Below are positions 11,302 through 20,774 of a DNA stretch of 64,000 nt, piece after piece; within the stretch, counting starts at the first letter, position 1, and every line of letters begins with the position of its first letter. Location: positions 128,001 to 192,000 of the forward strand of contig JAUVXV010000002.1 in the NCBI GenBank assembly GCA_030603365.1, read 5' to 3'. The notes under the pieces are model-generated. The model saw only the letters and a list, made by a program, of their open reading frames with translations, was not told the origin of the DNA and did no database searches. The translations under genes and the position numbers were made by a program. The stretch is from Candidatus Heimdallarchaeota archaeon (GTDB taxonomy: Archaea; Asgardarchaeota; Heimdallarchaeia; Heimdallarchaeales; Heimdallarchaeaceae).

Positions 11302-12431
11302 TGAAATGCGAAGAGCTCTGGAAGATTTTCAAAGATGAAAATTTGACTTTTTTTACTGGTGTTCCCGATTCTACATATAAATCGTGGATGAGTTTTTTGG
11401 ATAACAAAACTGGGAAGGGTCTAACAAATATTATAGCAAGTAATGAATGTGAAGCCATTGGGATAGCAGCAGGATATCATTTAGCTACAAATGAGGTAGG
11501 GATTGCTTACATGCAAAACGCGGGATTAGGAAAAACAGTGAATCCCATAACATCTTTAGCAGATAAAGAAGTATATTCAATACCAATGTTGCTTTTGATT
11601 GGATGGAGAGGAGAACCTGGAAAAAAAGATGAACCCCAGCACAAGAAAATGGGGAGAATTACACTTCCTTTACTTAATGTTTTAGAGATACCTTACTCTA
11701 TCCTTCCATCTAACGAAGAAGAAGCTAGAATGACAATAAAAACAGTAAAAAATAAAATAAAAAATAATAATTCTCCTTATGCATTGATAGTCAAAAAAGG
11801 AACATTAGATCCTTTTATCTCAACAGATATTGAAGAAGAAGAAGAATATGAATTAAGGAGAGAAGAAGTCATTAAAATCATTATTGATAATATCAAAGAC
11901 AAATATGTCATTGTAGCAACCACTGGAAAAACGTCAAGAGAACTATTTGAAATCAGAATGATGAGAAAAGAACAGCCTAAAGATTTTTACACAATTGGTT
12001 CAATGGGATGTGCGTCCTCGATTTCTTTAGGAATTGCTTTGAATTCTTCTAAAAAAACGCTAATTCTAGATGGAGATGGAGCTACTCTTATGCAAATGGG
12101 AACATTAGCAACGATTGGATATTATAAGCCAGAAAATCTCCATCATATAATATTTGATAATCATTGTCATGAATCCACAGGAGGGCAGCCTACAGTCTCT
12201 AAAATTGTTCAATATGATAAAATAGCGTTATCTTGTGGATATAATTCAACTAAAACAATATTCAATAGAAAAGAATTAATGAATTACATAAATGTAATTG
12301 ATAAAATTAAATGTCCTAGTTTAGCAATTATTAAAGTAAGAAAAGGTTCAAGATCAGATTTAGGTAGACCTACAATTACACCCTATGAAAACAAAATAAG
12401 TTTTATGAAACTATTCCAAGATGAGACATAA
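11301..12431 (+). CDS. ppd: Phosphonopyruvate decarboxylase
   Basis: FFTGVPDS, MQNAGLG, DEPQH, GSMG, TPP motif DGDG...NHCHESTGGQPT, DLGRP; TAATG overlap with the pepM stop. Confidence 0.96.
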   Translation: MKCEELWKIFKDENLTFFTGVPDSTYKSWMSFLDNKTGKGLTNIIASNECEAIGIAAGYHLATNEVGIAYMQNAGLGKTVNPITSLADKEVYSIPMLLLIGWRGEPGKKDEPQHKKMGRITLPLLNVLEIPYSILPSNEEEARMTIKTVKNKIKNNNSPYALIVKKGTLDPFISTDIEEEEEYELRREEVIKIIIDNIKDKYVIVATTGKTSRELFEIRMMRKEQPKDFYTIGSMGCASSISLGIALNSSKKTLILDGDGATLMQMGTLATIGYYKPENLHHIIFDNHCHESTGGQPTVSKIVQYDKIALSCGYNSTKTIFNRKELMNYINVIDKIKCPSLAIIKVRKGSRSDLGRPTITPYENKISFMKLFQDET

Positions 12432-12452
12432 CCATAATAAGAAGGTGAATGA

Positions 12453-13607
12453 ATGGAGGAGTACTATAATCCAGTAAAAATTGTATTTGGGTCATCATCT
12501 CTAAATCAAATAGGAAAAATAGTAGAAAAATATAAACTCAATAATAAAATCCTCATTATATCTGGTAAAACTATGAGAGAGCTTGGAGTAATACAAAGAA
12601 TTGAAACTATATTAGAGAAAAATGAAAATGTAGTAGAAACTTTCGAAAAAGTATTTGCTAATCCTACTTTTAGATTAATAGATGAAACAACTCTTTTAGC
12701 TAGAAGAGGCGAATATGGGTTGATAATTGGTATAGGAGGAGGATCCTCTCTTGATTGTGCGAAATGCACTGCAATCTTATCAAAAAATGAAGGAAATATA
12801 TCAGATTATTTATTCAATTATAAAAATATCACAAATTCTGGAATCCCTTTCATAGCAATTCCTACAACTGCAGGAACAGGGAGTGAAGTTACTATGTGGG
12901 CAACAGTTTGGAGAAATGATGATGAGTTCAAGAAAAAATACTCGATGTCGGATAAGAAAATGTATGCAAAAGTAGCAATAGTAGATCCTGAGTTAACTTT
13001 GAGTCTTCCTCCTTACCAAACAGCAATAACTGGTTTAGATGCGCTTTCTCAAGCTATTGAGGCATATTGGTCAAGAAATCACAATCCGACATCAGATAAA
13101 CATGCTCTTGAAGCAATATCATTAATCTTTAACAATGTTGAAATAGCTTTCAAAGATTCTACTAATCTAGAAGTCAGAGAAAAAATGCTATTTGGTAGTT
13201 TGGAATCAGGGTTAGCATTTAGTAATACAAAAACAACAGCTGTACATTCTGTTTCATACCCTATAACCGCTTTGTATAATGTACCTCACGGTTTAGCTTG
13301 TGCATTAGTTTTAGGGAGTTTCCTTGTATTTAACTCCAAAGTATGTAATGAAAATCTTCCAGAAGCTTCAGATAGAATAGAAAAAATCGTTGAATGCCTA
13401 GATTCTCAAAATGCATTAGAAGCTAAAGAAAAAATCGAAAATCTAATGAAGAAAATGAATCTTCCTACAAAACTTAGTGAACTAGGTATTGATGAAAATG
13501 GTATAGATTTAATCATTAAGGAAGGTTTTACTAAAGGAAGGATTGAAAATAATCCAAGAAAAGTTACTAAAAATGATTTATATAAAATACTAATAAATTT
13601 ACTTTAG
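12453..13607 (+). CDS. Phosphonoacetaldehyde reductase (group III Fe-ADH, PhpC/FomC-like)
   Basis: GGGSSLD, PTTAGTGSEVT, DALSQAIE, TTAVHSVSYP, PHGLAC; directly after ppd. Confidence 0.88.
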   Translation: MEEYYNPVKIVFGSSSLNQIGKIVEKYKLNNKILIISGKTMRELGVIQRIETILEKNENVVETFEKVFANPTFRLIDETTLLARRGEYGLIIGIGGGSSLDCAKCTAILSKNEGNISDYLFNYKNITNSGIPFIAIPTTAGTGSEVTMWATVWRNDDEFKKKYSMSDKKMYAKVAIVDPELTLSLPPYQTAITGLDALSQAIEAYWSRNHNPTSDKHALEAISLIFNNVEIAFKDSTNLEVREKMLFGSLESGLAFSNTKTTAVHSVSYPITALYNVPHGLACALVLGSFLVFNSKVCNENLPEASDRIEKIVECLDSQNALEAKEKIENLMKKMNLPTKLSELGIDENGIDLIIKEGFTKGRIENNPRKVTKNDLYKILINLL

Positions 13608-13618
13608 GTATCAGTAAT

Positions 13619-14362
13619 ATGAAAGCACTAATATTAAATTCAGGTGTTGGAACAAGATTAAAACCAACAACAAATTTATTGCCAAAATGTTTGATTGAGA
13701 TAAATGATCAGACTATTTTAGAACGCCAACTTAATGCATTAAAACAGATTAACATTCACGATTATATAATAACAACTGGACCTTTCGAAGAGAAATTAAT
13801 TGGTTTTGTAAATGAAAAATTCAAAGATTTAAATGTAACATATGTTAAAAACACTTATTACGATACAACTAACTATATTTACTCTATTTGGCTCGCTAGG
13901 AATAAAATTGACGATGATATTTTACTTCTTCATGGTGATCTAGTGTTTGATCCATCGCTTCTAGAACGTTTAATTAACACAAAAAGTAATAACTATATTT
14001 TAGTTAATAATACAATTCCTCTACCCAAAAAAGATTTCAAAGCTTTGGTATTAGATAACAAAATAAAGAAGATAGGAGTAAATTTCTTCGGGGAAAACGT
14101 ATATTTCTGTGCCCCACTTTATAAAATAAAAAAAGAAACAATGAAGATTTGGATTAAGAAAATGAATGAGTTCATAAAAAATGGAAAAGTAGCAAGTTAT
14201 GCAGAAGATGCACTAAATGAAATCACTGATCAAATAGATCTTCTACCCTTGTACTACACTAAAGAATTCTGTATGGAAATTGATTCACATGAAGACCTTA
14301 AAATAGCAAAAGAATACTTCCATAAGGACAAAAATGTATCTAAAAACAAAAGAAAGCAGTAG
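13619..14362 (+). CDS. LicC/PntC-like phosphonate or phosphocholine cytidylyltransferase
   Basis: LNSGVGTRL..PKCL, TNYIYS, LHGDLVFD, MEIDSHEDL; last gene of the phosphonate operon. Confidence 0.85.
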   Translation: MKALILNSGVGTRLKPTTNLLPKCLIEINDQTILERQLNALKQINIHDYIITTGPFEEKLIGFVNEKFKDLNVTYVKNTYYDTTNYIYSIWLARNKIDDDILLLHGDLVFDPSLLERLINTKSNNYILVNNTIPLPKKDFKALVLDNKIKKIGVNFFGENVYFCAPLYKIKKETMKIWIKKMNEFIKNGKVASYAEDALNEITDQIDLLPLYYTKEFCMEIDSHEDLKIAKEYFHKDKNVSKNKRKQ

Positions 14363-14475
14363 AATTGGAGAATACTCAACAAATCAATTATAGATTTTTA
14401 TTATTTAAAACGAAAAAATCCTACTACATATCTTAATCCTAGAAAAGGAAATCTTGCAGGAATTAAATAAATTTC

Positions 14476-15525
14476 TCATTCTTGCATGAAATATTTCCAA
14501 TATAGGATTTCATCTTCACCTAAATCTTGCAGAATTTTCTTCCCCAGTATTAAGTCATAATAAGTTGGATCAATTCCTTTTCCTGGTCTCTTTGTGGTGA
14601 TGTCATCAGCTGTAATCACTTGTCCTTTTTTCAATGCTTTAGCTGTAACTATTGATCTTCTCGCATTTTTCCTTGCTGGTAACTCTGCATTAATAATTCT
14701 CTTCTCCTCATCTCCTAGAATTTTTGTAACAAGTTCAACATTATCTGAAAGTAGTTTTAGGTCTTGAGGATCCATTGCATGGTAATGATCATTTCCAGGA
14801 AGAGTTTTATCTAGAGTAAAATGCTTTTCTAGAACAGATGCACCCATCAGATGAGCAACTATCAGAGTAATCATAGCTTTATCTGGTTTAGTGTGATCTG
14901 AATACCCTACAAGATTTTCTGGAAAGATTTTCTTTAGATGCTTTATCATTCGAAGATTGGCATCTTCAAACTTTGTTGGGTAGCTCAGAATGCAGTGCAA
15001 CGGGACTATAGGCACATTTTCAACCACTTTGATCGTTGTAATCGCATGCTCTATTTCTCCCAAGGTTGCTGCGCCAGTTGATAGGAAAATAGGTTTCTTT
15101 TTCTCAGCGATATAACGCAAGAAAGGTATATTGGTAATATCAGCTGAAGCAATCTTATAAAGTGGAACTAGTGGGTCTAGAAAATCTACTGCATTATTAT
15201 CGAAAGGAGTTGACAGAAAGAATATTTTGTTTCTTTCCGCTTCTTTAGCTAAATCTCTATAATCATCCTCTTCAAAAGTGTCATATTGTTTGAAAAAATC
15301 CCTTTGGGTTTTGTTTGTATCCCAATATGCTGGAGAATCTTTAGCAGCGATAGTCTCAGCTTTGTATGATTGGAATTTGATTGCATCTGCACCGTTTTTA
15401 GCTGCTTCCCTCACCATTTCTAGAGCTGTTTCCATGCTGTTTTCGTAATTAACACCAGCTTCTGCAATGATGAAAGGTTTTCCACCTTCTTGGATAGTTC
15501 TATCTCCAATCTTCAAGCTTTTCAT
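14476..15525 (-). CDS. neuB: Nonulosonic (sialic-like) acid synthase, NeuB/PseI/LegI family, with C-terminal SAF domain
   Basis: IIAEAGVN, KFQSY, STPFD, KIASAD, LHCILSYPT, GYSDHT, EKHFTLD, ARRS, KRPGKG. Confidence 0.93.
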   Translation of the reverse strand: MKSLKIGDRTIQEGGKPFIIAEAGVNYENSMETALEMVREAAKNGADAIKFQSYKAETIAAKDSPAYWDTNKTQRDFFKQYDTFEEDDYRDLAKEAERNKIFFLSTPFDNNAVDFLDPLVPLYKIASADITNIPFLRYIAEKKKPIFLSTGAATLGEIEHAITTIKVVENVPIVPLHCILSYPTKFEDANLRMIKHLKKIFPENLVGYSDHTKPDKAMITLIVAHLMGASVLEKHFTLDKTLPGNDHYHAMDPQDLKLLSDNVELVTKILGDEEKRIINAELPARKNARRSIVTAKALKKGQVITADDITTKRPGKGIDPTYYDLILGKKILQDLGEDEILYWKYFMQE

Positions 15526-15532
15526 ATGATTT

Positions 15533-17236
15533 CTACTCTGGTGGTATATTTAAGATATTCGAAGGGAATTTTTCATCGTAGTGGTCAAAAATAGTTCTCA
15601 AAACGCGTTTGATTCCACTTCTTAAATCATAGCGAAGATGAGATTTGTTCATCTCTAATCGTTTAGAATAATCTTCTAACAATAATTTCAATTCTTGTTC
15701 TATTTTTGAATCAATTTGTTCATCTGCTAATCCAAGATAGGTTACACCTGGTGCTTCTTCTGCGAAAGTATGGAGGGTTTCTCGTTCATTTTGGGCTATA
15801 GTGATACATGGTACTCCAATCGCAGCAATTTCAAAGACTGTTCTACCATTGGAAGTTATCGCTAAATCAGCCTTGTACATGTGTTGAGACATGAGTTTTA
15901 CATCTTGAAACACATTTATCTTAAAACCAGATTTATTCATCACAGAAGCGAGTTTTTGGATGTTTTCTAGCGATTTGTAACCTAATCCCAATATAAGAGT
16001 TATATCAATGTCTTTCAACTGTAGTTTTTCTATTGTTTTCAGACAAGTTTTAGAGAGATTGTTTTGATCGACTCCCCCAAAGGTAATTAGGATGTTTTTT
16101 ACTTCTTTCTCTATTGTTTTAAATGGGACAAGATGAAATTCATCTCGCAAACATAGGTACTTGTATCCGTTGAAAATATGATCTTGTTTATCTTCAGTAT
16201 CTGTAGCATTGACAGCATTAAACACTAAATCTGCTTCTTTTAAACCAGCTGCTAAATCTTCAAAAGTTACTAAGAAGGGGTTATAGGATTTTATTTGTTG
16301 AAGATAATTTTCTTCTGTGTCAAGAATATCTATTAGAATAATATCAGGGTCATTATTTTCTATAACTTTGAAGAATTCTTCTTCCTTCTCAATCTCTACT
16401 ACTTCGAAGTTCTGAGAATATACTTTTGCTAATCCTAACTTTGATGATTTCTTAATTACAAATTTAACATCGTGTTCTAGTAGATTATTTGCTATTGTGA
16501 TCATTCGATAAATATGCCCCATTCCTATTTCATTATCTCCATCTACTCGTAAGAGAAACTTCTTTCTAGAGAGTATTTTTTCTGCTAATGTCCAGTCAAG
16601 ATAATTATCGATATCTATCCCTTCTAATTCGGATAGTTCGAAAATCTCCAGCGGTTCGACCATCCTTGTACTTTCTGTTACAATTTCTGATTTAGAGATA
16701 ACAAATCCACCTGTTTCAAAAAATACTGGTTCAAGTTGCCGCCTATTCAATCTTTTAGGATAATAAGGAGATAATTGCTTATCCTTCTTCTCCCAGAAAA
16801 GATGTTGTGTTGGAATAACAGAAATCATTGACGAACTATTTTTTTCTACAAACTTCTCTATTGCTTTATCTAATGAACTTGTTTTTAATAATGGACTAGT
16901 TGGTTGTAGAGTGATAATTATATCAAATTCTGTATTCGATTGTTCTTGATAAGCTTTGTAAGCATGATAAATAACGGGATCTAAAGTTGTTTGATCTTGA
17001 GCTAAATCTGAAGGACGTTCTATAATCTTATCTGCACCAAAAATGTAGGAGATGTTTCCGATTTCACTATCATCTGTAGTTACAACTGTTTTATCAATGT
17101 ATTTTGATTTCTTAGCTGTTTTGATGATGTAAGCAATTAGGGGGTTCCTATTTAGAAATCTAATATTTTTTCTAGGAATTATTTTCGAACCTCCTCGAGC
17201 AGGTATTATAGCAAGTATTCTCTTATCTTTATACAC
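15533..17236 (-). CDS. Fusion of acylneuraminate cytidylyltransferase (NeuA/PseF) and PseG/SpsG-like nucleotide-sugar hydrolase
   Basis: N-half IPARGGSK..PRKN, LQPTSP, DID; C-half RVDGDNEIGMGHIYR, ITFGGVD, AQNERE. Confidence 0.88.
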   Translation of the reverse strand: MYKDKRILAIIPARGGSKIIPRKNIRFLNRNPLIAYIIKTAKKSKYIDKTVVTTDDSEIGNISYIFGADKIIERPSDLAQDQTTLDPVIYHAYKAYQEQSNTEFDIIITLQPTSPLLKTSSLDKAIEKFVEKNSSSMISVIPTQHLFWEKKDKQLSPYYPKRLNRRQLEPVFFETGGFVISKSEIVTESTRMVEPLEIFELSELEGIDIDNYLDWTLAEKILSRKKFLLRVDGDNEIGMGHIYRMITIANNLLEHDVKFVIKKSSKLGLAKVYSQNFEVVEIEKEEEFFKVIENNDPDIILIDILDTEENYLQQIKSYNPFLVTFEDLAAGLKEADLVFNAVNATDTEDKQDHIFNGYKYLCLRDEFHLVPFKTIEKEVKNILITFGGVDQNNLSKTCLKTIEKLQLKDIDITLILGLGYKSLENIQKLASVMNKSGFKINVFQDVKLMSQHMYKADLAITSNGRTVFEIAAIGVPCITIAQNERETLHTFAEEAPGVTYLGLADEQIDSKIEQELKLLLEDYSKRLEMNKSHLRYDLRSGIKRVLRTIFDHYDEKFPSNILNIPPE

Positions 17237-17319
17237 AACTTTTCAGAGATTATGTGATTATATGAGTTTTTCGTAAAATGAGGAAGAGAGCTGAATACAT
17301 GAAATTCAATCAATAAGAT

Positions 17320-18477
17320 TTACTCCTCATAATAGCCGTATAACTTAGCTATTTCATATGTTTCTTCTTTAATTGTAGCCAGTTCTTCATCACTAAAAGA
17401 GGGTTTGTAGTATGTTGGTTGATGAAGTTTCTGAATATATTTTTCTCTTAGCTCTGCAGATTTTTCCTTATCTAGCTCGAGATGTTCAATTATTTTATCT
17501 ATGGTTTCTTCTGAGTTATCAGTGAGATCTTCAAACCTTATTACTAATGTTTGTTTTGCCAATTCCTTGTTCTTGCTCAGCAAATCTGTTGTATACTCAT
17601 AAACTAATTTCCAATAGAATGCATAAGCTCTAACAAACGTTTCCTCTTTTTCAAGAAGCGCCCTAATTTTATCAATATTTTCCTTTGAATTTAGATTTAT
17701 GAAAACTTTTTCACTTCCAAATTCGATATGTCCCACCTTTGTGATCCAGTCTCTTATCTTATCATTTTCTTTTTCTAAATCCAAGAAGATTCTTTCTTGT
17801 TTAATGTAAGATGCAATATGATTTATTGGATGACGTATAACTAAAACAAATTTTACATCAGGGAATAATTTGTGTAGATACTCCATTCTAGTAATGTTGT
17901 AATTATTTTTTGTTACATATCGAGTTGATTTTTTACTAATCATCAGTTTCCTAATGCTTTCAGTGTAGAATTTCTCAAATTTAGGGTTAGATGTATTGCT
18001 ATCTTTTATATTTGATAATTGTTCATTATGCAATTCGTCAAAGAATCTCATCCATAACATTTCTTCAACTGCTTCTGGACTATTTCTATTAATCGCTAAT
18101 CCATCCTTATGAACTCGTTCTACTTTTTTTCTAAAAATAAAAGGAAGAAGTTTTGCTATATAATGCAGTATTTGTGGAATAAACGGGTCGATCAAGTGCA
18201 TATGCATATGAAAGGCTACATCTGGATGTTCCCCTATCATTTCTACTGTGATTGTGGTTCCAGCTCTTGCTAACCCTATAACATAGATTGGTTTTTCAAT
18301 ATTGATTTTACGTAATTTTCTCTTCATACATTTTGTTTCAAAATTACCTAGTTTTATTGTTGTTAAACGACTTTTTGTCAGCAGTTTCATTAAGTAGTAC
18401 ATAGGAACAGGAAAAGTAAATTCAGGTAGTTTATTCTTGTCTTTCTTTTGCTTTACCATAAAACCAATCAAAACCAA
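17320..18477 (-). CDS. PAPS-dependent sulfotransferase (Sulfotransfer_3-like)
   Basis: 5'-PSB loop GLARAGTT, 3'-PB RHPINHIAS, RFEDL. Confidence 0.88.
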   Translation of the reverse strand: MVLIGFMVKQKKDKNKLPEFTFPVPMYYLMKLLTKSRLTTIKLGNFETKCMKRKLRKINIEKPIYVIGLARAGTTITVEMIGEHPDVAFHMHMHLIDPFIPQILHYIAKLLPFIFRKKVERVHKDGLAINRNSPEAVEEMLWMRFFDELHNEQLSNIKDSNTSNPKFEKFYTESIRKLMISKKSTRYVTKNNYNITRMEYLHKLFPDVKFVLVIRHPINHIASYIKQERIFLDLEKENDKIRDWITKVGHIEFGSEKVFINLNSKENIDKIRALLEKEETFVRAYAFYWKLVYEYTTDLLSKNKELAKQTLVIRFEDLTDNSEETIDKIIEHLELDKEKSAELREKYIQKLHQPTYYKPSFSDEELATIKEETYEIAKLYGYYEE

Positions 18478-18591
18478 CTAATTGTATGAATAAAAAAAAC
18501 TTACTGTATCGCTTCTCATTTTTTTCTGATTTTCTAGAATTATTTAAACCAAAAAATTGAAAAGTCTAGTAAAGAGAATTGATATGACACC

Positions 18592-20709
18592 ATGAAAAAG
18601 AAAACTAAACGGATACTCACATCCATTGGAATAATACTTCTAGTATTACTTGCAGGGGGAGGCAGTGTTATGCTTTATTTACAATTTAGATATGTAGCTC
18701 GACCATATGACCTTTCTAATGCACCCCAATATATTCTTGACATTAAAGAAGATCTTAGTGGGAAATTAACTAATGACACTTTTACTTGGGATGATATGTC
18801 AGATTTCGTAATTTTCGCACAGTATGTTGCTGATAATAATCCAGATGTTTTTAATGAAATTGAAGGTTGGGAACAAGGAACGTGGTTCAATATTACTGAT
18901 GCGGGTCATTTGTGGCTTTTAGTAGGTAATGACACACTTATTTTTGAAATAGTACCTATCCCCCCACCTAATTTTGGAATCTATCTAGAGTTAAATTTCG
19001 ATACAGTACAAGATATACTTAGAGAGGAGATTACTACTCAACAGGCTTTCCAAACTGGGAGACTGAAGTTTGATGGTAATCTTGATGAGGTATTAAAGGT
19101 CAGTTGGCTTGTAGAGACAGCTGCTGCAACTATAATGGGAACATATACTTCACCATATGAGGTTTTAGATAATTTCCACATTAGAGTAGATAATAGTGAT
19201 TTATACAATAGATTAGGTTTAACAGTATTACCTTATGTTACGATTAAACTCGATCCTACTAGAATAGGGGAAGTACATGGTGGATCACCTGAAACAAGCG
19301 ATGTTATTATTGTTAATAGCAGAGGTGAGATAGTTTATCGTCTAGATGCTAACACCCTAAATACAGTACAAAAATTCGTCAATTCTACAACAATTATCAG
19401 TGGAGGTAAAAATTATGGTCCAATGGAATTATGGAACTATCAGACTGGTGAGAGAGTTATATTAACAATGCCGTCTGGGCATCATTGTTTAGATTATAAT
19501 CCTTTTACTGAAACTGTTATGGTCTTAGAACATGACAAAACAAATTTAACGGAAACTTGGGATGGCAATGTCATTCTTTACGATAGCCTAAGAGAATATG
19601 CTTTGAATGGTACTTTAATTTGGGAATGGGATGGAAGAGTTCATTATCCGTTTAATTCTACAAGACACACCGAATTTGGTCTCAATTTAACCTTTGCCGG
19701 TGGAGCAGATTGGATGCATGCAAACTCCTTTGTTTGGGATAAGCAAGATGAAGCTATTTATCTTAATATGAGAAATCTTGACACCATAATAAAAATCGAT
19801 TACGATTCAAAAGCTATCCTTTGGGAAGTAGGAAGAGACTCTAATTTCACGTTTTATAATAAGAATGATGAGATTGTAGATGCAATTATGCACGCACCTC
19901 ATGGATTGGAGAAGATTGGTGAAAATAGGTTCATAATTTTCGACAATGATCTTTACAATACAAGCAATCCTCTAACAATGAATTTGGAGGGATCTCTAGG
20001 ATATTCAAGAATGCTTGAATTTGAGATTGATGAAGTCAATGAAACCATGAAAGAAATTTGGTCATGGGTTCCATCCAACCAGAGTTATTATTTGCCAGAA
20101 TCAGGAGGAGACACCAATAGATTGCCTGATGGGAACACTATAGCTGTTTTCGGAAATAAAGCTGAAGTACTTAATCTTCGTGATCCTATTTACCTTACAG
20201 AAGTAACACCAGATGGAGAAATTGCTTGGGAATTGATGATAGACGGTGATAATAACACCTATTTCTGGATACAGAATTTTGAAAGATTTTATGAAAAACC
20301 AGTTATCAACATTCAAGAGAGTTTTCTTGATATTCCAAATGGAATATTGAATCTAAACCTAACTACATGGGACTGTTACAAGAAGGATTACAACACTCAA
20401 GGGACAGTGAAGATAATAGCTGATGGAGAAGTCATTTATGAGGACGATTTTATTTTCGAAGCTTACTTCAAATCCAATTTTCTAAATATTTCTTTAACTA
20501 ATGTTCCTTCAAATGTTAAACTTCTTGAAATTATTGTAGAAAATCAAGATGGTATCAAAGGCATTGAGATACTCTTTGACAAAAGTCTTCCAATCGGTAC
20601 AATACTTGTAAGCACTCTTGTTCCAATAGGTACTGTGGGAATATTGGTTGGAGCATATTTCATTCTAAAAAAGAAAAATAAACTCCCAGGATTTTTAAAA
20701 AGAGAGTAA
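18592..20709 (+). CDS. Membrane-anchored aryl-sulfate sulfotransferase (ASST) with an N-terminal SCP2-like lipid-binding domain
   Basis: N-terminal signal/TM; SCP2-like ITTQQAFQTGRLKFDGNLDEVLK; ASST motifs GHHC, DWMHANS, NMRNLD, HAPH, FDND, RLPDGNT; C-terminal TM + basic tail. Confidence 0.8.
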   Translation: MKKKTKRILTSIGIILLVLLAGGGSVMLYLQFRYVARPYDLSNAPQYILDIKEDLSGKLTNDTFTWDDMSDFVIFAQYVADNNPDVFNEIEGWEQGTWFNITDAGHLWLLVGNDTLIFEIVPIPPPNFGIYLELNFDTVQDILREEITTQQAFQTGRLKFDGNLDEVLKVSWLVETAAATIMGTYTSPYEVLDNFHIRVDNSDLYNRLGLTVLPYVTIKLDPTRIGEVHGGSPETSDVIIVNSRGEIVYRLDANTLNTVQKFVNSTTIISGGKNYGPMELWNYQTGERVILTMPSGHHCLDYNPFTETVMVLEHDKTNLTETWDGNVILYDSLREYALNGTLIWEWDGRVHYPFNSTRHTEFGLNLTFAGGADWMHANSFVWDKQDEAIYLNMRNLDTIIKIDYDSKAILWEVGRDSNFTFYNKNDEIVDAIMHAPHGLEKIGENRFIIFDNDLYNTSNPLTMNLEGSLGYSRMLEFEIDEVNETMKEIWSWVPSNQSYYLPESGGDTNRLPDGNTIAVFGNKAEVLNLRDPIYLTEVTPDGEIAWELMIDGDNNTYFWIQNFERFYEKPVINIQESFLDIPNGILNLNLTTWDCYKKDYNTQGTVKIIADGEVIYEDDFIFEAYFKSNFLNISLTNVPSNVKLLEIIVENQDGIKGIEILFDKSLPIGTILVSTLVPIGTVGILVGAYFILKKKNKLPGFLKRE

Positions 20710-20774
20710 AATCTCTTTAGTTTTTTTCCTTTAATTAGGAAAGATTTTTTATTGTTTATAATATAAAGTACAAC

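Noticed and set aside
10000-14362. Fosfomycin-like antibiotic or methylphosphonate (methane-yielding) pathway
   Set aside because: No radical-SAM methyltransferase, epoxidase, or MpnS/HEPD dioxygenase in the window; the neighbours are glycan genes.
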